Assembly (NCBI GenBank): GCA_964016885.1 | Contig: OZ024740.1 | Location: 250,170,001 to 250,234,000, forward strand | Origin: Eledone cirrhosa | Lineage: Eukaryota | Length of the DNA stretch: 64,000 nt | Reading direction: 5' to 3' | Made by a program: the position numbers and the translations under genes | The notes under the pieces: model-generated | What the model was told of the DNA's origin: nothing | Database searches by the model: none | Seen by the model: only the letters and a program-made list of their open reading frames with translations | Part shown: positions 23,724 through 33,955 of the stretch, in pieces | Position numbering within the stretch: the stretch's first letter is position 1 | How the letters are laid out: each line of letters opens with the position of its first letter

Positions 23724-26700
23724 ATGACCTCACTCAGAATAGGCAGCATAAATGCGCGTGGCTTGGGGTCGTCATGGAAGCAGGGCCACCTGCTCAACGA
23801 CCTCAGGTCACTAAACATAGATGTAGTGGCCATAAGCGAGACCAGAATCTCCGAAGCACAGGCTTTCGCACCGATCTTCGGCGGCTACGATGTGTACGCA
23901 TCTCCCAGCCGTCCGGGATCGGGGGGAGGAGTTGCTGTGCTTTTTCGGAGAGGTTTGGATCTTGCCATACGGGCCATCTTCCTGGACCCAGAAGGTAAGT
24001 TGGTGGTGCTGGACGTGACCAGCGGAGACGGGCAAGCTTTCAGGTTAGTGGCCGTCTATGCCCCGACAGGAGCAGGGCGGCCTGATTTCTTCCGGCGTCT
24101 GGAGACCTTTCTTGGAACGTCCCGCTCTTTAGTGTTAGTGGGCGACTGGAACGGGATCTTAGATGCACGCTGGGATTGTGTGGGATTAGTGGATAGGGAA
24201 GGAGGGTGCAAGAGTCTCACCAACCTGCTCAGACGTTTTGAACTGTCTGACAGGTACCGAATGGATTTCCCGAATGTACCAATGTGGACTTGGACAAATC
24301 GCATAGGGTCATCCAGATCATATCTAGATAGAGTATTTTGTAGGGAAATAGATAGGTCTAGCATAGGCTGTCCACAATTCAAGATAGTCAGCTACACGGA
24401 CCACAAATTCGTGATCTGTGTGCTTGACTTAGATAGGCTTCATAGACGAGGACCCGGCTACTGGAAGCTAAACGCGTCCTTACCAGCGCGCAAGGCCTAC
24501 AGAGACCGGATTAGCGAACTAGTTAAGCGGGCGTTGACGGGGGCCATCGTCAACAACAAGTGGTGGTTTGCTCTGAAAAGAGCAATTAGAATAGAGTCCA
24601 TTAGGTTTAGTAAGACTTTAGCAATAGAGAAAAATAGAGCAGAGGGAGAATTAGTTAGAAAATTAGATGAGGCGCTTAGCAAAGGCATCGCGACCGACGT
24701 ACTTGCGGCGAAATTGGCCCTTGACCAATTCTTCAATGCAAAGCACGAAGGTTGCGTTGTCAGAGCTAGGGTGCGTGCTCTCAGACACGAGGGGACGAAA
24801 GCCGTTCAATGGGCCCGAGTGGCGGAGGCGCGTCGTGGCAACAAAGCCACGATCCGGTCTTTGGTGGACCACGACGGGCGCATGCTACTCGATCCCGGGC
24901 AAATGTGTGAAGCTTTTCAGCGACACTTCGCTCAACTGTTCGGGGGCAGTGGCGGGCCGGATCGAGGGATGGACTTTAGTGTCTACCTCAACGGACTGCC
25001 GCGGCTTTCGGCCACTGAGGCGGAGTGTTGCGAAAAGCCGATAACAACCGCTGAAGTACGGGATGCAATGACTAGTTGCACAAGGGGTAAATCGCCTGGT
25101 TTGGATGGTCTGCCCTATGAACTTTACGTACAAATGCCAAACTTGTTCGGAGGCCTCTTGGCGGACGTCTACTGCAACTGGCAACAGAACGGGAGAATTC
25201 CCAGCTCTGTGAGCCGAGGAGCGGTGGCGCTGCTGAGAAAGGATCCGAACAAGGGGGATAACATAGATAATTTTAGGCCCATAACTCTGCTAAACACAGA
25301 GTTCAAGATTTTGGCCAAGGTGCTAGCAAAGAGGTTGGCGCTTGTCGTTGGTGGTCTGTAGTGAGAGTGAACGGTCACCTTTCGGAACCGTTCAACATCA
25401 TGCGCTCGGTCCGCCAAGGATGTCCCCTCTCGTCCCTATTGTACGTATTGACTCTCGAGCCATTACTGCACAAACTGGAGACGTTGAGGAGGGTCCCGCG
25501 CGAACTAGGATGCGGAATATCCGTGTCAGCATATGCCGACGATGTCACCGTAGTGGTGTCGAACGCCAAACACATCGAGGCGATCGGCACTACACTAAGA
25601 GAATACGAAGCGGTGACAGGAGCAATGATCAACCAGGAAAAGTCAGTGGGCCTGCAGCTCGGCACCTGGAGAGGAAGGTCCATGCCGTCCAACAGCGTCG
25701 TCAGGCGCTGGACGGACGGACCGATTAAATTGCTACGGATCTGGTTCGGTCCAGACCTCCAGACGGACAAAAACTGGGACGAGGTGACGAGCAGGGTGGC
25801 TTCTCTCACCCAGAAATGGGCCGAGAGGAAGCTATCCCTGAAAGATCGAGCGGAGGTGGCGAATGCGTACATCGCATCCGTCATCTACTACCGCCTGACC
25901 GTCGTACCTTGTCAACACCCGCTACGTGGAGGGCTGGGCATGCCGTGGCTGATGATGCGCAGACACGCGCTCAGGCTACGACATCTCCACCTCTTCCTCG
26001 ACGGTGATCAGGTGTGGTCGCCGTTTGCAAGACACGTTTTTCCCCAGCTCGTCTCCTTGACGGAGCTGCAGTCCTGGGTCAAGCGAAGACCGAGAGGGAG
26101 CGCTTGGAGACTGGAATGTCTTCAGGCGCTCACAGCCCTCGACCAATCGGGCAATATGATCGGTGGAAACTCCACCTTGGCGTTCTATAGGGGATTAGTG
26201 GAGGGGAAGAGCGACGACGTACTTGGAGAAACTCTAGGCGTCGACGAAAATCAACTAGCCAATCTCTTCGGAAGGACTTTCGGGCCGGGGCCTATGGACA
26301 ACTTCCAGAAATCCCTGGCCTGGCAGTGCTACCGAGGAGCTTTGCCAGTTCGGGATAAACTCTACAGGCATGGAGGTGCCGTCAGCCGGGCATGTCCGAG
26401 ATGCGCGCAGGGCGACGAAACCGTCCTGCACGCACTCGTCCAGTGTCCGAGCATTGCTGACTTGTGGGTTTATGTCGAACACCTGCTGTCACGTGTAGGA
26501 CCTATCCAGCTATCAGCTGAGTCCATCGTGAGGATTGCCCCGCCCCCTTCCTTTAGCCTGGAAGGGCAGGCAGTTTTTATCTGTCTGGTGGCCATAGCGA
26601 AAGAGATAGTATGGTGGACACGTTTGAAAGGGCTGAAGACGAGCACTTACCTCTTCGGTGATGCCCTGATTAACTTTTTCAAATTTCATTTGAAAAGGAA

Positions 26701-26809
26701 AATCAGGGTAGAGAGGGAAGTGCTCTCTTCCCAGCATTTTGTTGAAAGATGGGTGAGAGAAGCAAGTATGGCCCGAATGAATGGGCCTTCTCTGAGTATG
26801 TGTCTGTAA
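23724..26809 (+). pseudogene. Tx1 ORF2 (APE-RT-zinc finger) with two internal deletions
   Basis: APE start MTSLRIGSINARGL; ORFs of 545 aa and 482 aa. It lacks the QTCA...KAFDRV segment and about 30 aa near 25910 that are present in copy 1. Confidence 0.85.
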
Positions 26810-27051
26810 ATTAAAGGTGGAAAACTGGGAGAGGGCACTTGCCCTGGTGTTCAGGGCCACTGTGGTCTTTTAATGGGCTTTCTCCACAAATGTCCCTTGG
26901 AAGTCTCCCCCCTATTGGGGAATTTTTCTTTGTTATTTTATTTCAACCTCTGTTTTTTTACACGCAGAAATGCCCATTTGTACCGTCCTGTATTGTCCTG
27001 TACTGTCCTTAATGTCTACTTTATGTGAACCCTTGTAGTTAATAAAGAAAA

Positions 27052-27094
<43 letters not shown>

Positions 27095-27165
27095 GTTATT
27101 ATTATTGTCGTTATTTTTTTTATTTATTTATATTTTTTAAAATTATTTATTTACTTTTTTTTTCC

Positions 27166-27211
27166 GTGCAATGGCCATACTCGATAACGAGGGGACAGTC
27201 ATCATGTATGT
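27166..27211 (+). mobile_element. Displaced 3' terminus (stem-loop plus ATGT tail) of the RTE at 17760
   Basis: GTGCAATGGCCATACTCGATAACGAGGGGACAGTCATCATGTATGT contains a CTCG-ATAA-CGAG hairpin resembling RTE termini. The motif recurs at 28435-28480 after the second copy of the same family. Confidence 0.7.
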
Positions 27212-27495
27212 TGGACTCGAAAGTCATCTTTGCAGTCATAAAGTGAGACCAATGGTTGACTACCAGACTGCTGTTGTGTTGGAGATGTTACTCATCATGC
27301 CTGCCAAGCATGTGGTAGAGAGCGTAAATCAGCAGGAGGGTTCAAACGACATGCAAAAGTACATGAACTCCAACCACAGCCAGCTATTCCCAGTAAATGT
27401 TTTGGTTGCCAACTCTGTGCAAGACATTTTAGATCATTGGCTGGGCTAAAAAGCCACATTCAATCGCAGCACCGTTAATTGTTATTGTGTGTGAT

Positions 27496-27530
<35 letters not shown>

Positions 27531-27534
<4 letters not shown>

Positions 27535-28256
27535 GAAAAGTATAGAAATTGCTGTAGCGAGAAGCTAACAGTATTCCATAACATATATGCGACTATAGCG
27601 TCAAAATGGGAAAATAGTTAACATAAGATATGGGAAAAATAATTCAGACTCAATTCAAAAGGAATCAGGATATAGATTTATCCAACAGAATTTAGAGAAA
27701 TCCAGGGAAAAATCAATAGAGCCCTAACTCATGATAAAACGAAGTCTAAAGTACTCAATCTTCAATTTGGGACAACTTCAAATGCTCTGTATAGTCTTGA
27801 AAAGACTATTTCACGAAAACTTTCAGTGGAGATGGTCACGGTTGGATTTCGTTCCTCAGCAGAGCTCAACATGGTAACCAAGGTCTCACTGGTAATATGC
27901 CAAAAAAGGAATTTAAAAGCAGGCTAGTTTAACATCATGCGTGGTTATTAAAATAAACGCACATGTGTAAAAACAGGGCTGGTGACGTCAGAATGAGACA
28001 AATGTTTGTTTACATGAAACAACAGTCAAAAACATTCCGAAAGAAAACTCTACAAAAGGAGTTCAGCAAAAAGCAATATCATCGCGGTTTTTTTCCAAAA
28101 AAAAATACCGGGATTAGTCACAAATAATTTAAGCACTCTAAGAAATAAATCCGAGTATATATATATAAATGAAAAGTATAGAAATTGTTGTAGTGAGAAG
28201 CTAACAGTATTCCATAACATATATGCGACTATAGCGTCAAAATGGGAAAATAGTTA

Positions 28257-28259
<3 letters not shown>
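27531..28259 (-). mobile_element. Non-coding retrozyme/Penelope-like element with 93-bp direct repeats
   Basis: Direct repeats at 27531-27623 and 28167-28259 (2 mismatches, 636-bp period). Flanked by (TA)n, no long ORF, contains a hammerhead. Confidence 0.8.
27784..27865 (-). ncRNA. Type I hammerhead ribozyme
   Basis: Minus strand: GCTCTG CTGAGGA ACGAAA-(28 nt)-TTTCGT GAAA TAGTCTT-TTC-AAGACTA TA CAGAGC. All core nucleotides are present and the three stems pair perfectly. Predicted cut between 27790 and 27789. Confidence 0.9.
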
Positions 28260-28305
<46 letters not shown>

Positions 28306-28356
28306 TATGTATAAGTGTGTGTGTGTGTATACACACGCACACTTATAAGCGTATAA

Positions 28357-28388
<32 letters not shown>

Positions 28389-29042
28389 TATTATTATTAT
28401 TATTGTTGTTGTTATTGTTGTTATGCTTTATTTTGTGCAATGGCCATACTCGATAACGAGGGGGCAGCCATCATGTATGTATGTGTGAGTGTGTATGTAT
28501 GCTTATCATACAGAAATGCATTCAGATAATTAAATTTTATAAACCTTTGTCAAATCTATGCCATCAACCATACAATACAGTATATTTCTTAGGTTGTTGC
28601 CATCTTAAACAACAACAATAATCTAATTTTAAAACATTCACATTTTCTCAGCAATATAATAATAAACACCATTATCATTATTGTTTTTATGTCTGCTTTT
28701 CATGTGTTTTACAACCAGATGACCCTTCTGATGCTAACCATTTAATCCTTTCTTAGAATGTATCTATTTTAAAATCTGCAATTCACACACACAAAAAAAA
28801 AAGAATTCCTAATTGCATTAAAAGATATTCTCGATGACAAACAAGCTGAACACAGCAGAGGATTAAGAAAAAGTTTCTTCTATGGTTGCCAAACATCACA
28901 TTCAGCAGCAGTTCCCAAAATGACAAATAAAACCCCCTCCCTCCAAATTAAAAAAATAATAATAGGAATTTTTGCCTTCCACCCTCTTCTTAATGAGAAG
29001 ACAAATTTGAGTTATATGATATAGCCATCTATAAAAAAAATC

Positions 29043-29300
29043 TTAACCTTTTTGGTGCCAAACCACCTGAAACTGTCCATGGTTCTATGATACAAAACAG
29101 TATATTTTTAAGTGTTTATATTTATCTAGAAACCTTCATCCTTATTTTAGAAATATGGTAATGAAAGAGTTAATTTTATATAAAGTTGTCCCCTTTTCAA
29201 TTCCTATGAGGAACACTGAACTACATTTGACAAAATGAAAGTGGTACGCTATTCATTAAATTTTCAGTGAAAAAACTAATTATTTTATAAAGTGAAATAT
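29043..29300 (+). mobile_element. Degenerate DNA-transposon/MITE remnant (TTAACC start, piggyBac-like)
   Basis: TTAACCTTTTTGGTGCCAAACCACCTGAAAC...GGTTCTATGATAC, with a diverged homologue at about 34040-34140. Confidence 0.35.
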
Positions 29301-29761
29301 TATTAACCAGTGGCAGGCTCTAACTAAAAAGAGGTGACCAGTGAATTCAATAGAATGCTAGTTAGATACTGGCTGAGGTTTAATCAACCTTGGTTGGGTC
29401 ACCTCGATGAAGGTGTATGCTATAAGACTTGAAATACCCAGTGATTTCAGGGCACAACACTGATAATGTGTCCAAGTATGTGCATCTATGGATGTAAGAA
29501 GAACTATACTGGTTTTAATCTCACAGTAAAAATTGTCATCATAAACTAAATTAATTGATAACAAATTATTTAAAACTATAGCAGGATGGCAATGAATAAT
29601 CTTTCTGAAGAAGATTAAAATGATTGACCTCTGACTAATTATTTTATAATAGTTAATATAAACCTCATTGTAAAGTTAATACTATAATTAGCCAACCATA
29701 AGAAACAGCACATAGAAATTGAAAGTGTTTTTATTGAATACTTCTGTTCATTAACCATTTC

Positions 29762-29978
29762 ATTGGGTGATGTATAGGCAGTATTGGTAGGGCATCTGAT
29801 GAAATGCTTTGTGGAATTTACTTACCACTTTCTATAGTCTGAACTCAAATCCTTCTGAGGTCAACTTTGCCTTTCAACCTTCTGTGGTTGATAAAATAAA
29901 GTATTAGTTAAGTACATATAATCAAATTTCCCCTTGCCCCAAATTTCTGGCCTTGTGCCACAGTTAGAAAAACATTAT
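29762..29978 (+). mobile_element. Older diverged copy of the tRNA-derived SINE
   Basis: GAACTCAAATCC, CTTTGCCTTTCA..GATAAAATAAAGTA and a GGCCTTGTGCC...AGAAAACATTATTA tail. Confidence 0.75.
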
Positions 29979-30549
29979 TAAATACTTTCATTCTTTTTTT
30001 GTAATTTGATAAATGTAAATTCCTTAATTTTTGCTATTAAGCCTTTAAATTCCATGTTAATGATAAATAATATTAACCATGATAATGTTATTAAATTTCC
30101 ATTAAAACAATAAGTGGGAAGTCAAGGTGAAACGAAGTTGTCTCACTGAGAAGATTGCTATTTTTAATTATTAATTAGTCAAGGAGAGAAGGACAGTGCT
30201 TATGATCCTTTTAAGGGCTTTCAAGTGAGGGAGGAAAGTATCCTCAAACAGAAGCCTGGCCTGAATGCTGACAAAGATGTGAACTCTGCTACAAATCATG
30301 TGTGCTATACCAGGATTTTTACATAAAAAGCTATATACTTCAATACATCTCATCTGTTGTTTCAACTTGCATTGGTATTATTTTATTAACCTTGAAAGGA
30401 TGAAAGGTAAAATTTATCATGGCAAAATTTGAGCTTTTACTACAGAGAGCCAGATAAATAATTACATTTTTTTTTTATTTCTATTTGAAAAAAACAAAAA
30501 ACTATTTTTTTTTTTTTTTTTTTTAATTTATTTTGAGCAAGAACAAATA

Positions 30550-30738
30550 ATTGTTTCTACTTTTGGCACAAGGCCAGCAATTACCCCAGTGCATTACTGG
30601 TGCTTTATTTTATCGATCCCATAAGGATTAAAGGTAAAGTTAACCTCGGAGGGATTTGAACTCAGACAGTAAAAGGCCATAACACTATGCTGCAAAGCAT
30701 GGTGTCCGACTCTCTACCAATACTACCAATCCACCACC
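30550..30738 (-). mobile_element. tRNA-derived SINE
   Basis: Same family as 212-398, with a 12-bp TSD CAAGAACAAATA (30538-30549 and 30739-30750). Confidence 0.9.
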
Positions 30739-30817
30739 CAAGAACAAATATTGCAAGGCATTTTATCTTATAATCTAATGATTCTGCTGATTCATTGCCT
30801 GTATAGGTATTGACTTC

Positions 30818-31696
30818 AGCACAGTAACATCAGTAATAAGACCATAACATGACCTTGAGAACAGCACAGTAAAATCAGTAATAAGACCATAACATGACCT
30901 TGAGAACAGCACAGTAACATCAGTTATAAGACCATAACATGACCTTGACCTCATCACAGTAACATCAGTTATAAGACCATAACATGACCTTGAGAACAGC
31001 ACAGTAACATCAGTTATAAGACCATAACATGACCTTGACCTCATCACAGTAACATCAGTAATAAGACCATAACATGACCTTGAGAACAGCACAGTAACAT
31101 CAGTTATAAGACCATAACATGACCTTGACCTCATCACAGTAACATCAGTTATAAGACCATAACATGTCCTTGAGCTCATCACAGTAACATCAGTAATAAG
31201 ACCATAACATGACCTTGACCTCATCACAGTAACATCAGTAATAAGACCATAACATGACCTTGAGAACAGCACAGTAACATCAGTAATAAGACCATAACAT
31301 GTCCTTGACCTCATCACAGTGACATCAGTAATAAGACCATAACATGACCTTGACCGTAGCACAGTAACATCAGTAATAAGACCATAACATGTCCTTGATC
31401 TCATCACAGTGACATCAGTAATAAGACCATAACATGACCTTGACCGTAGCACAGTAACATCAGTAATAAGACTATAACATGTCCTTGACCTCATCACAGT
31501 AACATCAGTAATAAGACCATAACATGACCTTGACCATAGCACAGTAACATCAGTAATAAGACTATAACATGTCCTTGACCTCATCACAGTAACATCAGTA
31601 ATAAAACCATAACATGACCTTCACCATAGCACAGTAACATCAGTAATAAGACCATAGCATGATCTCGACCTTAGCATAGTAATATCAGTAATGAGA
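30818..31696. repeat. 45-bp minisatellite, about 19 copies, with alternating variants
   Basis: Unit CACAGTAACATCAGTAATAAGACCATAACATGACCTTGA(GAACAG/CCTCAT/CCGTAG). It accounts for the repetitive 270-aa minus-strand ORF. Confidence 0.95.
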
Positions 31697-33955
31697 TGAA
31701 GTGGGAGATAGCAACCTTCATGTGCTCCACCCTGTAGGGAATTCATTCCAATTAATGCCATTGCTTGATATATGCACACCTTGTACAATCAACTTGCTTT
31801 GTTGTCAAAATCCTTTTGATCATGATTCTTTTGAGTCATCACCCAACAGCTCTTCTAAGGGCCAGCCTTCCCGACATATCAGGAAAACTCTACGCAGAAG
31901 GTGTTGAGAGTGAAATGTGACTATCTGGCTAAAACAACAAAAGATCTTGACATGGATGTCATATTAGTACAAGGAACCCGTATTGGTGATGTCGAGATCT
32001 GCTGTAAGCTTTATGTCTATGGGTACAAGCTCATTGTCACAGTACACTTCTCGAAATACGATGTTGCCACTTACATCAGGAACGCTATTACAGAATTTTC
32101 TGTTCTTGAGAAATCCTGCAGAGATGACATATTTATCGTTAATGTGAGAGTCAGGGACCTCACCATCACTAATGTGTCCAAGCCACGGAGAAGTACTTGG
32201 TCTTCATCTGCTCTGAAAGTCCACTCCCATCTGGAGCTGCATGCTGGTAACTTCAACAGTTACCATTCTTCATGGGGCTATGCCATAAACAATGAGGCTG
32301 GAAAACAGTTGGTGGCATGGGCTTTAGCCTATGACCGCTATCTTCTCCGTCATGTCAAACAACCAGGCACGTTCCATTTTAGTCACTGGAAAATGGATTA
32401 CAACCCAGACCTCTGCTAGTGCTCCAAATCAATCAATAGATGTCTTGTTCAAGCTTCTCGCAATATACTCCCTCACTTCCCCCACGGCCAACAAAGATCA
32501 CCTGTGATACACATTAGCATAGAGATTCCTGTTATACAATCCAAGCCACTGCCATGGTGGAACTTCATGAAAACTGATTAGAAATCCTTCACATTTTGTA
32601 AGATTCTGAAAGATGCTGCCAAGAAACACAAAAGTAACTGCTAATGCCTACTTGCCAACTCCAAAGTACCTTCAGCCAAGGAGGCACACCAAGAAGTCCA
32701 TAAGAATCTTTCAGTAGCCTACTCATCTTCACTGAAGAGTACCCCATTTGCTAGACTTTACACCGTAAGTGAGATAGATACTGGCCTTTCATCCACCAAA
32801 GTAGGCAAGGCAACAGGAATTCCTTAAGAACCTCAGTCTAATTGCCCGAGACTGGCTGACTTCTTTCTTTACAGACATCCACTCAACTGGAGTTATCCTG
32901 AAGATCTGAAGAGAAGCCAAAGTCATCACCATCCTGAAACTCGGGAAACCTGCAGACGATCCTGCAAATTACCGACCAATATCTCTCTCCTCTGTACCTA
33001 TTACAAGCTATTTGAACAGCTCCTCTTGGTTAGTCTTGGCCCTTTAGTAGAACCAAACTTGCCTAAGGAACAAGCAGGCTTCAAACTAAAAAGGAGTTGC
33101 ATTGATCTTACCCTCTCTACTTTAATCAAGTCTCCTTCTGTGGTAGACCAGTTAAGAATGAAACACATCCCAAATATCTTGATTTAACATTGAATCGCCT
33201 AAAGAGGGTTGCCAGAAAGCTCAAGACCCAGATTAATATCATCCACATGTTAGCAAGGGACAGCTGGGGTCTGATGGACACACACACTCCGAACTATGTG
33301 CTTAGCACATGCATATTCAATTGCAGAGTACTGTTCACTGGTTTGGGCAGGAAGCTGCCATGCCAAGTAAGTTGACACCATCCTCAACTCAGCAATGAGA
33401 ATAGTATCTGGCACACTGAAATCTACACCTACTCAGTGGCTGCCTACCCTTTCTCATATAGCTCCTTCTTACAGCATCAGGAGATGATCTGTGAAACAGC
33501 ACTTCTTACCAAGTCCAAGCCTGACCTTCCCATCCATGAAGACCTAGAAAATCTTCCCAATATGCACTTGAAATCATGAAAACCATTCTGGGAATCAATG
33601 AAGACTCTTCTGGACAATAACTTTGATCTGAAGTAAGAGTGGCAAAGATCATGGAATGATTTCAACTTTGCCAACCAAGACCTTGTCTAGGACCCCCACA
33701 CCTAAATCAGAAAGTAATAGGTGTCCCTTAATTGGATCTGCACAACACATGCCAGGACAGCCCATCCTCTCCATCGATGGAAAATAACAGACAGCCCATC
33801 ATATACTGTGGGGACCCTGACCAGACAGTGCATGCCTCTTCAGATGTTTTCCTGGTAGTCTGGAGGCAATCCATAATGCTGTAAATAATACATTGGTCTG
33901 GCTGGTCTCAACCTGCCTCTCTAATTTTGTACATATGTTATATGACAAGAAGAAC
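31697..33955 (+). mobile_element. RTE-X-like LINE, internally deleted and degenerate
   Basis: APE remnants (AGNFNSYHSSWGY, YNPDLC) and RT remnants (KPADDPANYRPISL, EQAGF). The 3' end is ATATGACAAGAAGAA. There is an 8-bp TSD TAATGAGA (31689-31696 and 33956-33963). Confidence 0.75.

Larger units (their letters stand above)
21487..27052 (+). mobile_element. Tx1/L1-clade retrotransposon, copy 2 (full length, internal deletions)
   Basis: Same termini as copy 1 and also in (TTA)n. ORF1 pieces lie at 21697-22284, 22242-23204 and 23105-23689; ORF2 pieces at 23724-25361 and 25361-26809. Confidence 0.93.
27212..28485 (+). mobile_element. Second 3' fragment of the C2H2-RTE family, interrupted by a hammerhead element
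   Basis: 27212-27490 matches 21013-21290. Microsatellites follow, then the terminal stem-loop at 28435. Confidence 0.8.

Noticed and set aside
25350-25920. Tx1 copy 2 deletions as spliced-out introns
   Set aside because: The removed segments lack GT...AG ends and are bounded by 4-bp microhomologies instead.
30178-30325. Possible plus-strand exon (QGEKDSAYDPFKGFQV...)
   Set aside because: Short, no recognised domain and weak splice signals.
30818-31696. CRISPR-like regular array
   Set aside because: The units are contiguous with only a 6-bp variable part, there are no unique spacers or cas genes, and the context is eukaryotic.
31697-31770. HDV-like ribozyme at the RTE-X 5' end
   Set aside because: Only partial pairings (GTGGGA/CTCCAC, AGCAA/TTGCT); the nested double pseudoknot and catalytic C could not be assigned.
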